From: Trueperaceae bacterium
GTDB lineage: Bacteria; Deinococcota; Deinococci; Deinococcales; Trueperaceae
DNA: 10,499 nt
Reading direction: 5' to 3'
Assembly: GCA_040905465.1 (NCBI GenBank)
Contig: JBBDRK010000052.1
Location: 89,584-100,082, forward strand
In this document: positions 7,706 through 10,499 of the stretch, in pieces
Layout: each line of letters begins with the position of its first letter
Numbering within the stretch: the first letter of the stretch is position 1
Notes under the pieces: model-generated
The model's input: only the letters and a program-made list of their open reading frames with translations
Database searches by the model: none
Told to the model about the DNA's origin: nothing
Translations under genes and position numbers: made by a program

Positions 7706-9169
7706 ATGACCATCGGCAGGAAAATGTACATCGGCTACGGCCTGATACTGGCGCTTCTGCTGGTGATAACCGCAGTGGGGATGAGCTCCCTCACCCGCCT
7801 GCCCGTCTTCTACGACGAGAACATCGAGGTGAACGAGCGGCTCGCGGACGAGGCCGACGCCATCGGCCTGCGGGTACGCGACCAGGTGGTGCACTTCCGC
7901 GGTGCCGTCCTCTATCCACAGTACCGTGACGAGTACCTGAATCTGCTGCAGCAGGCACGCGACGACTTCAACGCGATCGTCACGGGCCTGGGCGAACGGG
8001 TGGAGGCAGCCGAGGACCGGCTCCTGCTGGAGAGTCTGGTCGAGGGTCAGGACGACCTGGCGGAGACCCAGGACCGCATCCTCGATCTGGTCGCCGCCGA
8101 GGAACGGGTGACCGCGGACGTCGGGGCCGGCGACGTGGAAGCCGCTCAGCTGAGCAACCGCCTGCTCGAGCAGGCGGCGGAGTTTCGCGACCGGCGCGTC
8201 CGCCAGGTCGCGGAGGGCCGTGCCCGTGTCGCCCGCGGAGTCCCGTTCGTAACCAACCTGATGCTGTACACCGCCATCGTCGCCATCGTCGCCGGGTTCG
8301 TGGTCGCCGGCTTGGTTAGCCGCTCGATAACCAAGCAGTTGCAGGACGGCATCCTGAGGCTCTCCTCCTCGGCTGCGCAGATTCTGTCGACGACGGCTGA
8401 GGTCGCGGCGGGCACGGCTCAGACCGCCACGGCCGTAAGCGAGACCACCGCCACCGTCGAGGAGGTCAAGCAGACCGCCCAGGCCGCAAGCCAGAAGGCG
8501 AAGCAGGTCTCCGACAGCGCCCAGAGGATGACCGAGGTCGCTCAGAATGGCCGCGACTCGGTCGAGGACACAGTCGAGGTGATGAACAGCATCCAGGTGC
8601 AGATGGAGTCGGTGGCCGGCAGTATCGTTCAGTTGGCGGAGCAGAGCCAGGCCATCGGCGAGATCATTGCCACCGTTAACGACCTGGCCGAGCAGTCGAA
8701 CCTGCTGGCGGTCAACGCGGCCATCGAGGCGACGAGGGCGGGAGAGCACGGCAAGGGCTTCGGGGTAGTGGCCCAGGAGGTACGGAGCCTGGCCTCCCAA
8801 TCGAAACAGGCCACCAGTCAGGTCAGAACCCTGTTGGGCGACATCCAGAAAGCCACCAACGCCGCTGTCCTCGCCACCGAGCAGGGCAAGAAGGCCGTGG
8901 GCAACGGTTCCAGCCAGACGCAGGCGACCAGCGAGGCTATCAACCAGTTGGCGGACAGCGTGATAGCCGCGGCTCAGGCCGCCACCCAGATCGCCGCCTC
9001 CAATCAGCAGCAGATGGTGGGGATGGACCAGGTCGCCCTGGCAATGGACAACATCAAGCAGGCGAGCTCGCAGAACGTCGCCGGCACACGCCAGGCCGAA
9101 GAAGCCGCGCAGGATCTCCAGGAACTCGGAAGATCCCTCAAGAGGCTGATAAGCAAAGAGGCGGCCTGA
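7706..9169 (+). CDS. Methyl-accepting chemotaxis protein: two TM helices, helical extracytoplasmic sensor, 40H-length signalling domain
   Basis: TM1 ([19 protein letters not shown]), a sensor domain of about 155 aa, TM2 ([20 protein letters not shown]) and the hairpin tip [45 protein letters not shown] upstream. Confidence 0.96.
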   Translation: MTIGRKMYIGYGLILALLLVITAVGMSSLTRLPVFYDENIEVNERLADEADAIGLRVRDQVVHFRGAVLYPQYRDEYLNLLQQARDDFNAIVTGLGERVEAAEDRLLLESLVEGQDDLAETQDRILDLVAAEERVTADVGAGDVEAAQLSNRLLEQAAEFRDRRVRQVAEGRARVARGVPFVTNLMLYTAIVAIVAGFVVAGLVSRSITKQLQDGILRLSSSAAQILSTTAEVAAGTAQTATAVSETTATVEEVKQTAQAASQKAKQVSDSAQRMTEVAQNGRDSVEDTVEVMNSIQVQMESVAGSIVQLAEQSQAIGEIIATVNDLAEQSNLLAVNAAIEATRAGEHGKGFGVVAQEVRSLASQSKQATSQVRTLLGDIQKATNAAVLATEQGKKAVGNGSSQTQATSEAINQLADSVIAAAQAATQIAASNQQQMVGMDQVALAMDNIKQASSQNVAGTRQAEEAAQDLQELGRSLKRLISKEAA

Positions 9170-9195
9170 GCGCCTCATGAAACCGGTCGGGACTC

Positions 9196-10499
9196 ATGGC
9201 CAACGCTGACCTGCTGCGAAGACTCCTGGCGACGTTCCGCCTCGAAGGCGAGGAGCGTCTCGAGTCTATGTCCGCTGCATTGCTGGCGCTGGAACAGCAA
9301 CCGGAGGACCAGCCGCGGGCCGAGATCGTCGAAGGCCTGTTTCGCGAGGCACACAGCCTCAAGGGCGCGGCCCGGGCAGTCAACCTGGGCGGGATCGAGT
9401 CGCTGTGCCAGGCACTGGAGGGGGTGCTGGCGGAGATCAAACGCGGCCGGGTCGAGCTGTCGAGGGCGCTGCTGGAACTGCTGCACCACACCGTCGACAC
9501 GCTCGGCGGCATGCTGGAGCCGGCCGTCGCGGCCGAGACGGACGTCGACGGGCTGGTGGTACAGCTGGGAAGAGCCAGTGCCGGCTCGTTGCGTTCCAGC
9601 CCCGCCGCTACTGCATCTGCCCCGGCATCCGGTCCGGCATCTGGTCCGGCGCCCGCCGGCACGTCCGGCGCTGTCGTGCCGGGATGGCCGGCAGGGGCCA
9701 CGGGCAGGGCCGCAGGTGGCACGGTACGGATCTCGGTCGCCAAGCTCGAGGCAGTGATGAGGCAAGTCGAAAGTCTGCTGGCACCTCGCCTGGCGGCCGG
9801 CCAACTGGCGACGGACATCGGTGAGGCGAGGGGCAGCCTGATCGAGCTGAAGAAGAGCCGAGCACGGCTCCAACCCCGGCTCCGGCAGATCGAGCGAAGG
9901 CTGCCGGCCGTGCAGGGCGAACTACCGGAACTGCCGCTGCTGCTGGAGTACCTCGATGACGAGCACGACCGGCTGAAAGTGCTGGAGGAGCGCCTTGCCA
10001 CCCTCGCTCGAACGGCCGAACGCGACGTGCGCCAGTTGACGTCGTTGGTAAACGGCTTGCACGAGGACACCAAGGAGTTGCAGCTGATGCCTTGCTCGGC
10101 GCTCCTCGAGATGTTCCCGCGGCTGGTGCGCGAGCTTTCTCGTGAGCAGGGTAAGGAAGTGCGGCTGGACATCGAAGGTGCCGAAGTCGAGGTCGACAGG
10201 CGCCTGCTGGAAGAGTTGCGCGATCCACTCACTCACCTGCTTCGCAACGCCGTCGACCATGGCATCGAGAATGCAGAGGTGCGCAGGGAACGACAGAAGC
10301 CCGCGACCGGCCGCATTTCGATCGTCATCGAGCAACGCGACAGCAACAAGATCGAGTTGCTGCTGCGCGATGACGGCGCCGGTATCGACATGGAGCGGCT
10401 GAGAGCGGCGGTAGTCGAAAGCGGAATTGCCGATGCCGACGTGCTGGTGGCGATGGAGGAGCAGGCCTTGGTCGAATTCGCCTTCCACTCCGGCGTAAC
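9196..10499 (+). CDS. cheA: CheA-type histidine kinase, partial (HPt, linker, dimerisation and HATPase domains; runs off the window end; absent from the ORF track)
   Basis: Manual translation from ATG 9196: MANADLLRRLLATFRLEGEERL...LFREAHSLKGAARAV (HPt His at codon 9352-9354), TVRISVAKLE, FPRLVRELSREQGKEVRL, DPLTHLLRNAVDHGIE (N box), RDDGAGID (G1 box) and AFHSGV. No stop codon before 10499. Confidence 0.96.
   Translation, partial: MANADLLRRLLATFRLEGEERLESMSAALLALEQQPEDQPRAEIVEGLFREAHSLKGAARAVNLGGIESLCQALEGVLAEIKRGRVELSRALLELLHHTVDTLGGMLEPAVAAETDVDGLVVQLGRASAGSLRSSPAATASAPASGPASGPAPAGTSGAVVPGWPAGATGRAAGGTVRISVAKLEAVMRQVESLLAPRLAAGQLATDIGEARGSLIELKKSRARLQPRLRQIERRLPAVQGELPELPLLLEYLDDEHDRLKVLEERLATLARTAERDVRQLTSLVNGLHEDTKELQLMPCSALLEMFPRLVRELSREQGKEVRLDIEGAEVEVDRRLLEELRDPLTHLLRNAVDHGIENAEVRRERQKPATGRISIVIEQRDSNKIELLLRDDGAGIDMERLRAAVVESGIADADVLVAMEEQALVEFAFHSGV
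9622..9650 (+). repeat. In-frame 12-bp imperfect tandem repeat in the CheA linker (PASG PASG P)
   Basis: CCGGCATCCGGT / CCGGCATCTGGT / CCGGC. Confidence 0.7.

Noticed and set aside
9158..9176. Hairpin GAGGCG/CGCCTC over the MCP stop codon as a terminator
   Set aside because: It is only 6 bp with no U-tract, inside a 26-bp operon gap, and is easily expected by chance at this GC content.
7652..9178. 508-aa minus-strand ORF antisense to the MCP
   Set aside because: It is the antisense mirror of a confidently identified MCP and shows no domain signature.
9138..10488. Several minus-strand ORFs (364, 232, 206 and 188 aa) over the right end
   Set aside because: The real gene is the plus-strand cheA from 9196, missed by the track only because it has no stop within the window.

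Overview
High-GC bacterial window, probably Deinococcota judging from recalled RF3 sequence style (inference, not searched). The left half holds the 3' end of an unknown gene coupled to a MaoC-like (R)-hydratase, an MFS transporter, a convergent prfC (peptide chain release factor 3), and a divergent luciferase-like monooxygenase (LLM). Two adjacent 14-bp tandem repeat arrays and a candidate extended -10 promoter separate this from the right half. The right half is a chemosensory operon of the 'alternative cellular function' type (ACF, Wsp/Che3-like): cheW - cheR(+TPR) - cheW - mcp - cheA, with cheA running off the window end and missing from the ORF track. The main points of interest are: (i) this probable non-flagellar chemosensory system in a probable Deinococcota host; (ii) a 40H-length chemoreceptor with no room for a HAMP domain; (iii) a candidate switch-like RNA leader with an anti-SD upstream of the LLM gene; (iv) the repeat-laden junction in front of the che operon.
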